From contig NC_087250.1 in assembly GCF_037042905.1 (NCBI RefSeq), positions 3,970,001-4,034,000 of the forward strand: a stretch of 64,000 nt of DNA, written 5' to 3'. The DNA comes from Lytechinus pictus (lineage: Eukaryota). Position numbers and translations under genes: made by a program. This document shows, piece after piece, positions 37,362-50,262 of this stretch (position 1 is the stretch's first letter; every line of letters starts with the position of its first letter). Below the pieces are notes generated by a model. That model was not told the DNA's origin, did no database searches, and saw only the letters and a program-made list of their open reading frames with translations.

Positions 37362-39357
37362 ATGCACTCTTTATTCCAAATCGATCAACGTACTGTAAAC
37401 TACCATTACTGCAAATAGTTTATTTGTTTAATATCTAATTTAATATGGACTTCCATCTTCCAAATAATAATTTGTAATATTTTGCTGCTCAAATAATTCA
37501 TTTTAAAGCAATAATGAGCTATATTATGATGGCTTCCGAGTGTTAAATATGTTTCAATTATTTTTTTTTAAAGCTGTGTCATTTTATTAGTTCGCAAGGC
37601 AATGCTACGATGGTTATAAAAGAGTAAAGGTTTGGGTTGGTTGTGTGTAATAGTCATCTCTCTCTCTTTCTCCTGCTCTCTCTATCTCTTTCCCCTTCTC
37701 CCTCCCACTATATATTTCTCTGTCTGTCTGTCTCTCTCTCTCCTTCTCTCTCCAACTATCTTAGCATCTATCAATCATGTAGGGACAGTGATTTTCCGTT
37801 TAACCGGTAAATAAAACGGTTCTTATACTTTTCATGTAAAAATTCATGGAATTCACCTTTGCAAAATGGAATTCGCGTTTTTGCTGTGTACATTTTCAGT
37901 GACAAAACGGAATTTCCATTTTTAGATCGAGTTGAAACAGAATTACAGATGTTCAGAAACGGAAAAGACCATTTTTTGAAACGGAAAATCAGTGTCTCTA
38001 TTTATGTTTTCTTTGTTAGGTATTGGTTCTTTAGCATGTATTTTAATTGTGAACATTATTACCTAGATCTTGCCAGAGATTTGTGTGATTTCTTTGAGTG
38101 TCTTAGAATGATGAGAATGTTGTATTTTTTTCAGTGCTTCCTGTGTTATATCAATATACATGTATTTAACGCGTGTTTATAGAGTGTTTATAGAGTGTCT
38201 TTGCTATTTACGTGTAGGATCTTATTTTCTTTCATTATAGCTTTGTTTCTTGTCTTATCTTGAGCAAAAGATACACTGCATGTTAGAAGATGGGTGGACG
38301 TGTGGCCCATTCATAAAAACATTCTGTCCAAACTAGAAAAACAGTGGTGTTGAAAATACACCTGCAGTGTATACATAGTACCGCAATAAGAATTTTACAC
38401 CCGATGTCGAATTTGAGGTGTTAAATGTAGTTCTACCCCGGAGTTCAACACCCAACAGTGTTATAACATATTCTGTTTGTTATGTAGACACTACGGTGTA
38501 CATGTATTTGGTGTAATAACACCAGAGGGTGCATTCCTCTTATAACACAGATAAATGTTGTTTTAAGCACTGTAGTTCTTACAGTGTATGCACTATAAAA
38601 TATGGGTGTCAAAATTTGACACCAGACTGCAAAAACAAACATGTTGATTTAACACCAGCCAGGTATCTATTTCGGTCCACACCAGAAAAGGGTTGAAACA
38701 ACACCAGGTGAGTTAAGAATCATACTGATATTGGTTTAACACTAATTGGTGTTGCTTAAATGCCAAATTGGTGTTAGCCTAAAGCCAAACCGGTGTTATT
38801 TCAACACCTCTCTGGTTTGGACCGATATAAATACCAGGCTGGTGTTAAATTAACACCAGTGTTTTTGCAGTGGACTTGGTGTCCCTAGAGGGCCACACGC
38901 TGAGGTGTTAAAATTGAACAAGCACCAAAAAAAATTTACATCCAGTCTACTTCCTACCCATGGTTAATGAGTGCATCCTTTGTTTGTTATGATAATTAAT
39001 TATAAATTTGTTGATTTTCTTTGTGCCTATGTATTTTGGCAATAGATATGTCATATGGATTGTTACTGCATGCAGCGTTGCATAGCAATATTCATGTTTG
39101 GCTGTGTGGAATTACATCTCAATTTTTCATCCATTCCATCATATACTGGGTAGAGGGAATGCTACTCCCAGATATCCAGACCATTTTGCTAAAAAACATA
39201 TAACATTATGGAACATGAAATCAGTGAAAATTGAACTTTAGCAAAAGTTCGACAAAAATATCAATATTGTTTATCAGTTTTAATTTTGTGTTGTCACATT
39301 GTAAGCAGCACCCTCATATGCAATATCACAGTTAACAGAAGTATACCATGCATTTAT

Positions 39358-39900
39358 CGCATACATTCGTAATTCCGAAACTTCGTTATTCGGAAGGTTC
39401 GGTAATTCCGAAGGTTTGTATTTCCGAAAACGAAATAAGGTTCGTTGTTCCGAAGATTTGTTAATCCGAAAACGAAATGAGGTTTGTAATTCCGATGGTT
39501 CGTTAATCCGATAACGAAATGAGGTTCGTAATTCCGAAGGTTCGTTAATCCGAAAACGAAATGATTAACGAACCTTATTTCGTTTTCGGACTAACGAACC
39601 TTCGGAACAACGAACCTTATTTCGTTTTCGGATTAACGAATCTTCGGAACAACGAACCTTATTTCGTTTTCGGATTTACGAACCTTCGGAACATTGAACC
39701 TTATTTCGTTTTCGGATTATCGAACCTTCGAAAAAACGAACCTTCGGAATAACGCCACAAATGTTCGGATTAACGAACCCTTTTACGTTTTCGGATTAAC
39801 GAACATCGAGGTATAGGCAATTTACGTGTTTCGGAATTACGAAACTTCGGAATAAAGAACCTTCGGAATTACGAACCTTCGGAATTACGAAGTGTAACCG
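39358..39900. mobile_element. Foldback-like element built from inverted arrays of a ~38-bp repeat, 7-bp TSD
   Basis: Left arm TTCCGAAGGTTCGTTAATCCGAAAACGAAAT repeats; the right arm is their reverse complement. CATTTAT lies on both sides. Confidence 0.85.
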
Positions 39901-41365
39901 CATTTATAGCTTCCCATAATTTTAGCTCTGAGTTAGACCATGGTCTATGAACGCTAAACCTGAGTTCAGAATACGGGCCCTCGAGGTTAACTTTTATTCA
40001 TTACAAGTTTCAGAGAATGTTTTCCCCATGTAACACTAACAAAATACATATAATGCATCTTTTATTTAAACAAAAATGATTTAATTGAAAATATGTCAAC
40101 AAAACTGAGCATGACAATAATTTCTAATCTTGTAATAATTATGGGGAAAATCATTGATTTGGGTAATGGGAAATTGGTGTTCAATGTTTATCAAAATTCA
40201 AAGGTATATATAGCCAATCTTATTGCATAGTCCAATCTACATATACCTACATGCAGAACTTACACAATTCAGTGTAACATTATCTGTCATTTTTTTTTCT
40301 GATTATTTCTGTAGATTATTATAAAGTAGCTGTGCAATATAAAATGTTTTATACTTGCTAGAAATACTGCACCATTTATTATATACATGTAAGCGAAAGA
40401 AAGCAAGAGAAAGAAAATTAATTTGAAATAATTTTTCAGTATTACCCCATATGTTATAAACTATACGCCACAAATCTCTGCAGACTATTGACTTGTAGTA
40501 AAATTTTCTGAGAGATTAAGGGTACTGTTATTATTTACAAAACATTTCAAATATCCTAAAATCATCATGTTTATGCACCATTGGGGAGTTTTATTCTTAA
40601 ATCTATTGTATTGTAAAATCTTTTAGTATTTATTAGATTCATTTAATTTCATAATTTCATAAAATACGAAGCAAGTATATGCAATAAATTATTTATGTAC
40701 TTACGTTTCATTTCTTCTAAAATAATGTTCTGTTTTAAAAATAACAAACAAAGAAATAAATGACCGATTGTAATTCAAAATTCTCACCACCTTTCAGTCA
40801 ATAGTATCTCTTTCCATATGAAATCTTACTAAGCAAGACGAATTGCGAGAGCAATCAATGGCTCCTCCGGGAGCAGAACATTCTAACTTGGAACAAGTGT
40901 TTATATTGACACAACTGGACCTTTAGATTATACATGTTTTGCTTATTTTGTTCAAATAATTCAAACTCATGTGTGTGTATAATTCAACATTTCAAATGCT
41001 TTTCCTTATTCATAAATAAGCAGAAGCAATTATACATACATTGGTAAAAAAATCAGACTTCAAGTCAAAGTGTAGTGCTTCTTGGTTTAAGGAAAACTGA
41101 AAATTCATTAATGTTTTGTATTATTTTGTATTCACTTGAATGATAATAAACATGTTCTGTCTTGTATGGAAGACAAACAACATTGTATTCGGACAGGTAC
41201 TTATGGCAGGCCATTCATGCCATTGTTTGACTCTCAAAATAGGCTGATCTCACATACTTTGTACCTATGGCAGGCCATGCATACCACAGTTTTCCTTTGT
41301 AGTTGATCTCATCGGATGCAGTGGAAGTTGTTTCAGCAACAATTGTCGTTTGGCAAATTGTTCAG

Positions 41366-41634
41366 GGCCCCATCTTACAAAGAGTTGTGATTGATCCGAT
41401 CAATTGCAACTATGGAAAGCCAGCAACATCAGCATGTAAAATACAAGTTTGTTCAAAGTATTTTCTAGAAATGACGTATATTCATACATTCACTGTTTTA
41501 TTGACAATTCAGTGTGCTTCTCTTTATCTTCAAAGGACATTATGCTAATATCCTAAAGAAAAATTATGACATTGATGGATTTCCATATTGCTGAGATTAA
41601 TCAGATCAATCGTTACTCTTTGTACGACAGGGCC
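41366..41634. mobile_element. MITE, same family as 6204-6473
   Basis: GGCCCCATCTTACAAAGAG ... CTCTTTGTACGACAGGGCC. Confidence 0.8.
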
Positions 41635-43039
41635 TAGGTGTGTGGCTTGTACTGTCAGTGGTGCTGCCAAACATACTGATTTTGTCTTTTTTCTGATAAA
41701 GAATCTGACAGAGGTATGTTTTATCTGCTGGTTTCATAGTAACTGTGCCTCTCAGCCAATCAAAATCAAATTTTGCGACTTGTCCGACAAAAGACGCTGT
41801 TGAAAGGTTAAACGCTCTCCAGATTACAATTCTGAATCTTGCTATGGAAGGCCATGCATGCCAATATTTGCACTCGCAAATGTTTTACAGAGGGATTTTC
41901 AGGTGGTCTGAATTCCAAGTAGCACCTAACTATAGCAAGCTATGCAGTTGTTACTTGTAAGGTATGAGAAAATTATGATTAGAAATTTACAATTCTACCC
42001 ATTGTTAGAACGTTGTTTTGGAAAATATTTTAATTTGAATGTTTTGGATTTAAAGAAAAGCGTATAATTCCTATTCATATTTATAAATAAATTTGATGTG
42101 TATTTCGATTTGAAGATTTGTGGCCACTAGGCATAAATGTTCGCTTATCTTTTTTGTGTCTTGATAAGACCGATCAATGGCGTGGATGGCCTGTCATAGT
42201 AAGATGTCATATCGGATGATCTTGGGGATTTTTTAAGACCCCCTAGTTTGTAAAATCTCATTCAGAAATGGGGCTCTAAATTGTTACAAAAAACCTCTGC
42301 ATTCTAGTTTTCATATGAACTACAACAAGGTATGAAGACAGTACACACATATAATGAAGGAAGCATGTATTCAGTTCTCTATTTAAAACGAAACCAGTTG
42401 GGCCTACACGTTGTTGAAATAGCCGCCTTCATATAGTGATATTTGAAATGCTGTTGAATTAATTGATAACATTAGGGTGTATTTTTCATGTCTTATCTCA
42501 CAGATGTGTATCGATGCAATTGACATACTGTAGTTTGTGTGGCATGTATGTAATATGTGACTAATTTATTTCAGATTTTATTAAATTCTGAAGAAAAAAA
42601 CACACAGAAAGCCTATCATGTTTGTTCTTTAAAATGAATCTTTAAACTTCATTTAATCACATGCACACTCTGGAAACAGTTTACCCAATATTGGGTAAAT
42701 AAGGAACATGCATGTTAGGAAAAATAAAACCTAATATTGTGTAAAATTTACCTAATGTTTCGTTGAAAAATTATGCATAAAACATGCATTTTGCCGCAAT
42801 ATGGGACAAAATCTTACCCAACAAACATGCATGTTCCCTTTTTACACAATTTGGGGTAAATTTTTACTCAATATTTTTAGAGTGCACGTTAAAAAACTTT
42901 TTTTTTCTCTTGTTTAATTCAGAGCCATGCATGACTATCGCTCGTCGAGTTTTGTAAAGCTTCCAATGAAATATGGACCGGGTATCCTTTTCAGGTCAGA
43001 TATGGAATATCAGATGTAATCCTATCCACTGGTAGTTAA

Positions 43040-43620
43040 AGGGATGGTCCGGGCTGAAAATATTTATATCTTAATACATAGAGTAGAATTCACTGAGCAA
43101 AATGCCGAAAATTTCATCAAAATCGGATAACAAATGATAAAGTTATTGAAGTTTAAAGTTTAGCAATATTTTGTGAAAACAGTCGTAATGAATATTCATT
43201 AGTTGGGCTGATGATGTCACATCCCCACTTTCCGTTTTCTTATGTTATTACACAAAATCATAATTTTTTCATTATTCTATATTTGTGTGAATAATATGTC
43301 TCCCTTATAATGAAATAAGTTGCAGCAATAAATATCTAATGCACTAAATCAGTTGTCAATCAAATTTTTTAGTTTTTGGAGGAAAAAAAAAAAATAAACC
43401 TTATTTCATATAATAAAATACAAAAGAACAAGTGGAGATGTGACATCATCAGTCCACCTAATGAATATTCATGACGACTGTTCTCACAAAATATTGCTAA
43501 ACTTTAAAATTCAATAACTTTGTTATTTGTTATCCGATTTTGATGAAATTTTCGGCATTTTGCTCAGTGAATTCTACTCTATTTATTAAGCTATAAATAC
43601 TTTCAGCCCGGACCATCCCT
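43040..43620. mobile_element. Young, nearly fully palindromic MITE with TTAA TSD
   Basis: ttaa|AGGGATGGTCCGGGCTGAAA...TTTCAGCCCGGACCATCCCT|ttaa, with inverted arms of ~190 bp. Confidence 0.93.
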
Positions 43621-43787
43621 TTAACATTCGACCCTCTGATTTCATCTTCATTTTTTATGATTTTTAACACACCAGTCTAAGGGAAATGATTGACGTGGGT
43701 GAAACCAAAATTCCCGCCAATCGGTAATATGTTATCAGATTTAGTAAGATTGTTTTCGTTCAAAATAGGAAAATACAAGTATTTATA

Positions 43788-44554
43788 CCTATCTAGGCCG
43801 AGGGTGCCTTGAAGCCCCCCCCCCCCCCTCCCTCAACGATTCGCGCAATGTTTTCGCCCTGCGAATTTTTTTGATCGCGCCGCTCGCTGACTTTTACTTT
43901 CAAGTCTTGCGCAGCTTTTGAGACAATTTTTGACACCCTGGTATGCGGTTCCAAAATTTCGCAACATTTGTAAGTGCATGTCAGACCAAAAATTGTTTAA
44001 AAACGTGATTTCGTGTAAAAACTCAATGCAAATTGTGTTTTCAACCAAGAATCATAAATGCATGATTATTTTTAGTTTTGCTGGTCTAAATTGATTTGTT
44101 TTATACTGCTTATGGTCTCAAAAGAGTCCCCAACAAATTTCATAGAGAAAACAATTAAATACGAAATATCCAAAAACATAAAAATACATAGGAAATTTCA
44201 AAAAACAATATAATACATAAGAAATTGATCTGATAGCGCTATTTTTTCGCCACACCTGCTAAGAACACCACAAAGAGATTCTTTACCAAAAAATTTGGAG
44301 CTTTTTTTAGGAATTTAGAGGAAAAAGTATGATTATATATGCATACTAATTATGCATAAAATAGCATAATCACTAAATAGCAGTTTGCGTGAGATAAATT
44401 ACTATACAATTTTGTAGATTATGTCCAGGACAACCTGCGTGCCAATTTTTGGCGCAATCAATGGCCGAGATCTCAAGGGGGGCTGGGACCCCCCCCCCCC
44501 CCCCCCCCCCGCCCCCGCCAGATTAACTCCCAATATACCCCGGCCTAGATAGGG
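43788..44554. mobile_element. piggyBac-like non-autonomous element
   Basis: CCTATCTAGGCCG ... CGGCCTAGATAGGG|ttaa. Homologous to 31239-31952. Confidence 0.78.
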
Positions 44555-44861
44555 TTAAAGCAAAAATAACATTGTTAAAAAAGTATGTGCATATGTTGGC
44601 AAGTAATCCATAGGCCTGTTACTGGGCTAACATGATTACACAAGCGCCCAGTTGAATACTTTCGTAGGTCTAGTTTGTTTTTACAAATTTACCTCATTCA
44701 ATTGACCTTTATTAAAAACACATTATTATTCTGAAGTGGACAACATTTTTAATGAAAATATTATTGATTATTATATAATAAATCGCAAAGATTTACTTGA
44801 CCATGTTGGCACACGAAAATATTTTCAATTTTTTTACAGGGGTTTTCAGGAAAAACCATCT

Positions 44862-45142
44862 CTAAAATGAAGTCTCGAGCAACCTATGAGTGAAATGCGC
44901 ATGCGTAAGCGAGGTATTTTCGTTCTTCCACGTAGCGTGGCCTAGATGGTGGCCGCCCACGTGATTTTCCACTCTCGACCAATCAGGAACGGTTTTGAAT
45001 TGAGGAGCGTTGTTGGATAAATGCTCGTATCGGGCGTTCTCATTGGACCGTGCTTCGTATGAATGTTTGGGCGTGTTATGACAAATTAAACCTCTTTCTG
45101 TCCTCTCCTGCGATGGTTCTTCAAATCTGTTGAAAGTTTCAT
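44862..45142 (-). CDS. RFX4: RFX4-like transcription factor, probable terminal exon
   Basis: Minus-strand acceptor caacag|AT in phase 1, matching the previous exon. Open to a stop at 44862. AATAAA on minus at 44708-44713. No recognisable homology, so support is from phase and position only. Confidence 0.55.
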
Positions 45143-46558
45143 CTGTTGTATATAAAAAGCACATGCATAAACAGGATAATGATAAGAACAAAAACAATAA
45201 TGATAATCATAAATAGTAATAGTAATAAATAATACTAATGATACTATTAACGATCATGATATATATTCTCATTAGCCAAGAGTATACCCTTCAGTTCTTA
45301 TCATACATGTTAACCGTTTTCCTAGCGGGGCCTGCATAACATCATTGTTATACTCTTCCCCGTTTTAATATGCCAAAGATCATGAACATCATTTACTAAC
45401 AAATAAGACCGAGTGGAATAATGGATATTTGATGGGATCGGCTCAGCAGCCTAACTGGAAAGTAGACAAGAAAAAATAATGGGCTAAATGGTAATTAAAC
45501 AAAACGGTTAACAGACTTAATGTTTGTAGACGAACTCCTAAGATGAAATCAAACTGAAATAATATTAACTTATAAAAAAATGTATATTTTTAAGGGTGTT
45601 TTTTAATGTTCTACTTTCCATTATGCGCTTTTATTTAATTGGAATTAAAAAGAAGAAGAAGACGAGGAGGAAGAATGATAATTATGTCCTTTGTTTTACT
45701 TATGATAAATATCAAACATTGTACCTTCCTCAATTTATATTGTTTGTATAAGTTTTATTTGCAATATCATTGTAATTATTTACCTCCATTTTATTTTGTT
45801 CTGTGAAAATGAATTAAACAAAATATGAAATTTGAATTTGAAGAAGAGTGAAGTTGATGATGATGATGTATTGAGTATTTAATCGTGCATAATACATATA
45901 CATATAGATAAGCATGATTGTGCCAGATGCACTTCTTTTAGGGGAAAACACACATAAACAGAATAAATACAAATTAAAAAAAACATGAAATGAGAGAGTA
46001 AGTAAAGAGTGTTTGGCACTGAGTATATAACTGTATGTACGTCACTCATTAATTTCAGAGATTATAGAGATTTTTTCAACTTAAATCCTAAACGAGTTTA
46101 GAAAAGTTGGTGGCAGTAGACCATGCGGCAAGCCAGTTCGTAGTTCCTTTCTGCGCATGATCAAAAGATTCTACGCATGATCAGAGGAAGGTCATTTGTA
46201 CTAAAGTGACATGGTGGTTTAAAATCTAATGAGATAAGCACCAACTTTGATGTCTTGATTATTCATATATTCTTTTGAATTGTGGTTTTCATTTACATCC
46301 ACAAAAAACATGTGCAACATGCTCTGATATGCATTCAAAGTAGGTATGCAACAAATACCTTCATAAAGTGTTCATTGGTGTGCTATTCTAGTCACCTGGT
46401 CTATTCAATTTCTTTATCCTGCTATGTAAGGCAAGCTTACGTAAAATCTTGCTTTGAAATCTGCCTATCATAATGAAAGAAATGAAAGGTCATTTGACCA
46501 AAATTGTCCATGAGTAACTACGAACTGGTCTATTACAATTTAACGTAAGGATATCTAC

Positions 46559-46678
46559 CTTGGCAACAGTCTTCACGTAGCGTTGCAAGTGTAGCATTCA
46601 TCCTGGCTTCAAACTGGATGAGATCAGTCTTGTGGAGAAGATACTGCTCTAACATCAGATGAAGGATATGGAACGAGC
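46559..46678 (-). CDS. RFX4: RFX4-like exon (end of dimerisation domain)
   Basis: Junctions tttag|GC and CCAAG|gtagat. Encodes (G)SFHILHLMLEQYLLHKTDLIQFEARMNATLATLREDCCQ, versus recalled RFX4 GSFHLIHLMFDDYVL. Confidence 0.88.
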
Positions 46679-46756
46679 CTAAAAACAAACCCAAAAAAAA
46701 AATCTCGTTTCATTGTACTCTCTTTGATTCTTGCCCCTCCCCTCACCTCCCCCATC

Positions 46757-46788
<32 letters not shown>

Positions 46789-47773
46789 CTTCACACTCTC
46801 TCTCTCCCACTCCTTATGTTTCTTTCTCTACCCTATTATCATCTTTCGTTTTCTTTCTAACTTTTCCTTCTCTTGACTCTCATCCCCTCCCCTCTCTTTC
46901 AGTGTAAACTAAGTGTTTACATGATCGAGGATGGGAATCTATTTACATATGTAAATTACGTGTGAGGGTGTGGAATAGCTAAATTGTGGGTTTGTAGGGG
47001 TGTGTGTGGGTGTTTGTATTTTTGATGTGTGTGGAATATATTTTGAACGTTGGTCCACGCACGGGTATATATTTATCATCTATACACACTTATTACGAAA
47101 TACTCCATTCCAATTTCATTTATATTTTTTTTCATCTCATAATCAGTGTGTCATTGGTTTCACCACATAATGATATTAATGTTTATTTCTCAATTTAGGG
47201 GCGGAACGGCAATAGTTTTTTATTTCTTTTTTTGGGGGGGAGAAATGTTAATATTTTTTGGTTTCAAATGAAAAATCGAAAAACATGTCGTTTTTTTTCG
47301 TTGCAACCATGCAATGTCTCCCTTTTGACTTTTTGTTTCGCGGCTTTTCTAAGCTTCATCTATTATTTATCAACCCCCCTTTGTCTAAATAATTATGCAT
47401 CGTCTGCCAAAGATTCTAGATTGATATAACTATGCCATAAATTTGTCTCACATCAAGTCGTGACTGTGTTGATTAGGATATCCAAAGTTTCCTCAACTTA
47501 GATAAATGCATCACTACACAAAATAATACTAATAGTGAAAATGTCTCCTTTGTTATTTTTATCTGACATTAGGCTCCTTTTCAAATATTCCATTATAAAT
47601 CTTGTCTAAAGAAATAAAACCAGGTATACATAATTATTTTTCATAGACGATTGATAAAAAAAAATGTACTCAATCTTTTCTTCTATATTTAGAATTATTT
47701 CAAATAGTTACAACGAAAATAATTAATATTAGAATCATTGTTTTATGGGAAATATCAAAATTGAGAAGCCTAC

Positions 47774-47891
47774 CAAAGCTTGGCGCGCTACCAATGGTCA
47801 AGTCCCGGATGACCTTTGACGTGAATGTTGACCAGGTCAGCAAGAACTTCCGGGTCGAGTCGATTATTTTCTCAGGATGATTTTTGGTGGG
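47774..47891 (-). CDS. RFX4: RFX4-like exon (dimerisation domain)
   Basis: Junctions gtccag|CCC and TTTG|gtaggc. Encodes PTKNHPEKIIDSTRKFLLTWSTFTSKVIRDLTIGSAPSFG, versus recalled RFX4 [25 protein letters not shown]. Confidence 0.92.
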
Positions 47892-49078
47892 CTGGACATG
47901 GAAAGAAAATGATGAAACTGATTGACAAAACGGCGAATTGTAAGGTTACATGACATTCGCTCCGGCGACAATTGCTGTGATGGAAAATCCAAATTACCGC
48001 CCTTTCACACGGTAAAAAAAAAATCGTAATTTGAATGATGATTCCAGTGAAAATAAGGCTAATGACGAATGTTTAGCGAGTGTGAAACCAAAATAGAACA
48101 TGATTAGAATCACGAACGCTAATCATAGTCACGATTACAATGGAAATATTACAACTGAAAATAGTAGGGGGGCACAGCAATATCAAATGCCCCCTCTACT
48201 ATTTTGGGTCTTTTATGATGGTAAGAAATACATAATTGAAAATCGAAATAAAGCATGTATTTTAGGACAAGATGACCTTACTTTTGGGATAACTTTTTTT
48301 TTTTTCCTTGTCAAATTTATTTTCGTCGAAATGACCTTAATTTTGGGGTGATAACCTTTTTTTTTTTGGCTTGTCAAATTTTCCAGCCCCTTGTCCCCCC
48401 TACCTTTTGGGAAAGATTTCTGCCCCTTTTTCTGAACCAAAATCTCTATTACAACCGTAAGTCTAAATACATCGGGATTTTGTCCAATGTATGACCCATT
48501 GCATGATCGAGATGTAAGCGTGCAGTCTTTATAAAAATTGTTTAGAAAAACAAATAAATATTGTAGGTGGTGGAACCGTTTCTCGCTTGTGGGCCAATTT
48601 ACATTTCCTCATCGGATGATTCTTGGTTGGCTGGATATAAAATGAAAGTGTAAACTGGCAAATCGGTGATTTGAAATACATCCGGATTTTTCCACTATAT
48701 GATTAAGATGTAGGCCTATTGGAATTTTCTCCCTGTTTTTATTTATTTTGATTTATTCATTTTTTTAAATCTAGAAACTGGGTAACTATATGTTAGTTCA
48801 AAACATTTCTTTCCACAACCGCCCGGTATTTTCTAATATGAGCTCTATATAGATACACATCACAGACTCTCAGTGTAGTGGCAATATCTGGGAACCGTTC
48901 ATACAGATTTGCAACTATACAGACGCAGTTCAAAATTGAAATGCAACTACTTGCGCTTGATCACGTGTTGTAATTAAGCCCATGGCATTTCTGAAATAGG
49001 CCAGTGACATTTAAAACTGTCGAATCTCCATTTTACAGCATTCACCATCTCAACAAAAACGGTTACAGGGCACACACC

Positions 49079-50262
49079 CAGTGGCGTACCGTGGGTCACG
49101 GCATTGGGGGGGCACCAGCAAAAATTTTGAGTCACTAAGTGAGCGCGCGAAGCGCGCCCAGTTGCCAGGTATACCTAATAGAGACATTTTAAGGACAGTG
49201 CCATTAAACGGATATGTCTCTCACTGGTCAAATAATGCGAGCGCGAAGCGCGAGCTTAAAATATTTAAAATTTTTGATATTTAGACCTAAAAAGGGACAT
49301 TATAATCAATCTTTTGTAATCATGATATGTACCTGTCTCGCTAAATAATGCGAGCGCGGAGCGCGAGCTGAAATTTTTGTAAATATTGACCCCCAAACAG
49401 GAAGATTTTAAGGACTATATTTTAGGAATCCATTAAGTGTATACACATCTCACCATAGTCATCTTATGCGAGTGCCAATAAGCGCTTGCTGATTTTGTTA
49501 GAATTACATCTTAACCTGCACATAAAGCACTTGTAATCATTATTAACATATTCAAATCTTGCGAGCGCGAAGCGCGAGCTGAAAATTTGGGAAATTCAGA
49601 CCTGAAGAGGGGCATTTTAAGGCTTGTTTGTAGAAATTCACGAAGACCATACGTAGTTCACTAACCAAATGATGCGAGCGCGAAGCGCGAGCTGAAAATT
49701 TTTGATATTCAGATTAGAAAGAGGGACATTTAAGGACTGATTCTAGGAATTCATGGAGAGCAGACATATTTCACCAATCCACTACTGCGAACGTAAGCAC
49801 GGAAAGGAAATGTTTTATTTCAAGACCTTAAAATGGGGCAATCACTTTAAGTAGTCATGAAAAAGAAGCATAGGGCCTACTATTGTACATAAAACAATAA
49901 CTCGAAGTGCGAGGAAATATATTTTGCAGTTTGGTGTATATTGACTTGAAAACGGGAGGTTTTAGTATAACAGGATTATATATCTCGGTAAACAGACAAT
50001 GCGAGCACCAGGAACAATGAAGACATAGGCCCTGAGCGAATTATGTTTCATAAAGTTATGAAAAAAATGTTTCTTATGTAAATAACATAACATAATTATG
50101 ATGAACAATTATAATGAACAATAATGTCTTCTTTCCCACTTCGTTTCTCTTCCTTACTCCCTCTTTTTCTCCTTTTCCCCGTGTTTTTTTTTTTTTTTGG
50201 TCAGCCGATTGGGGGGGGGGCACGTGCCCCCCCATGCCCCCCCCCCCGTAGTTACGCCACTG
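49079..50262. mobile_element. 1.2-kb non-autonomous hAT-like element in an RFX intron
   Basis: TIR CAGTGGCGTA / TACGCCACTG. Perfect 8-bp TSD CACACACC. Internal GCGAGCGCGAAGCGCGAGC repeats. Confidence 0.9.

Noticed and set aside
39365..39895. CRISPR-like regular short repeats (also the 97-bp and GCGAGCGCGAAGCGCGAGC arrays)
   Set aside because: There are no unique spacers and no cas genes, and the context is eukaryotic. The repeats lie within TSD-flanked elements or simple tandem arrays.
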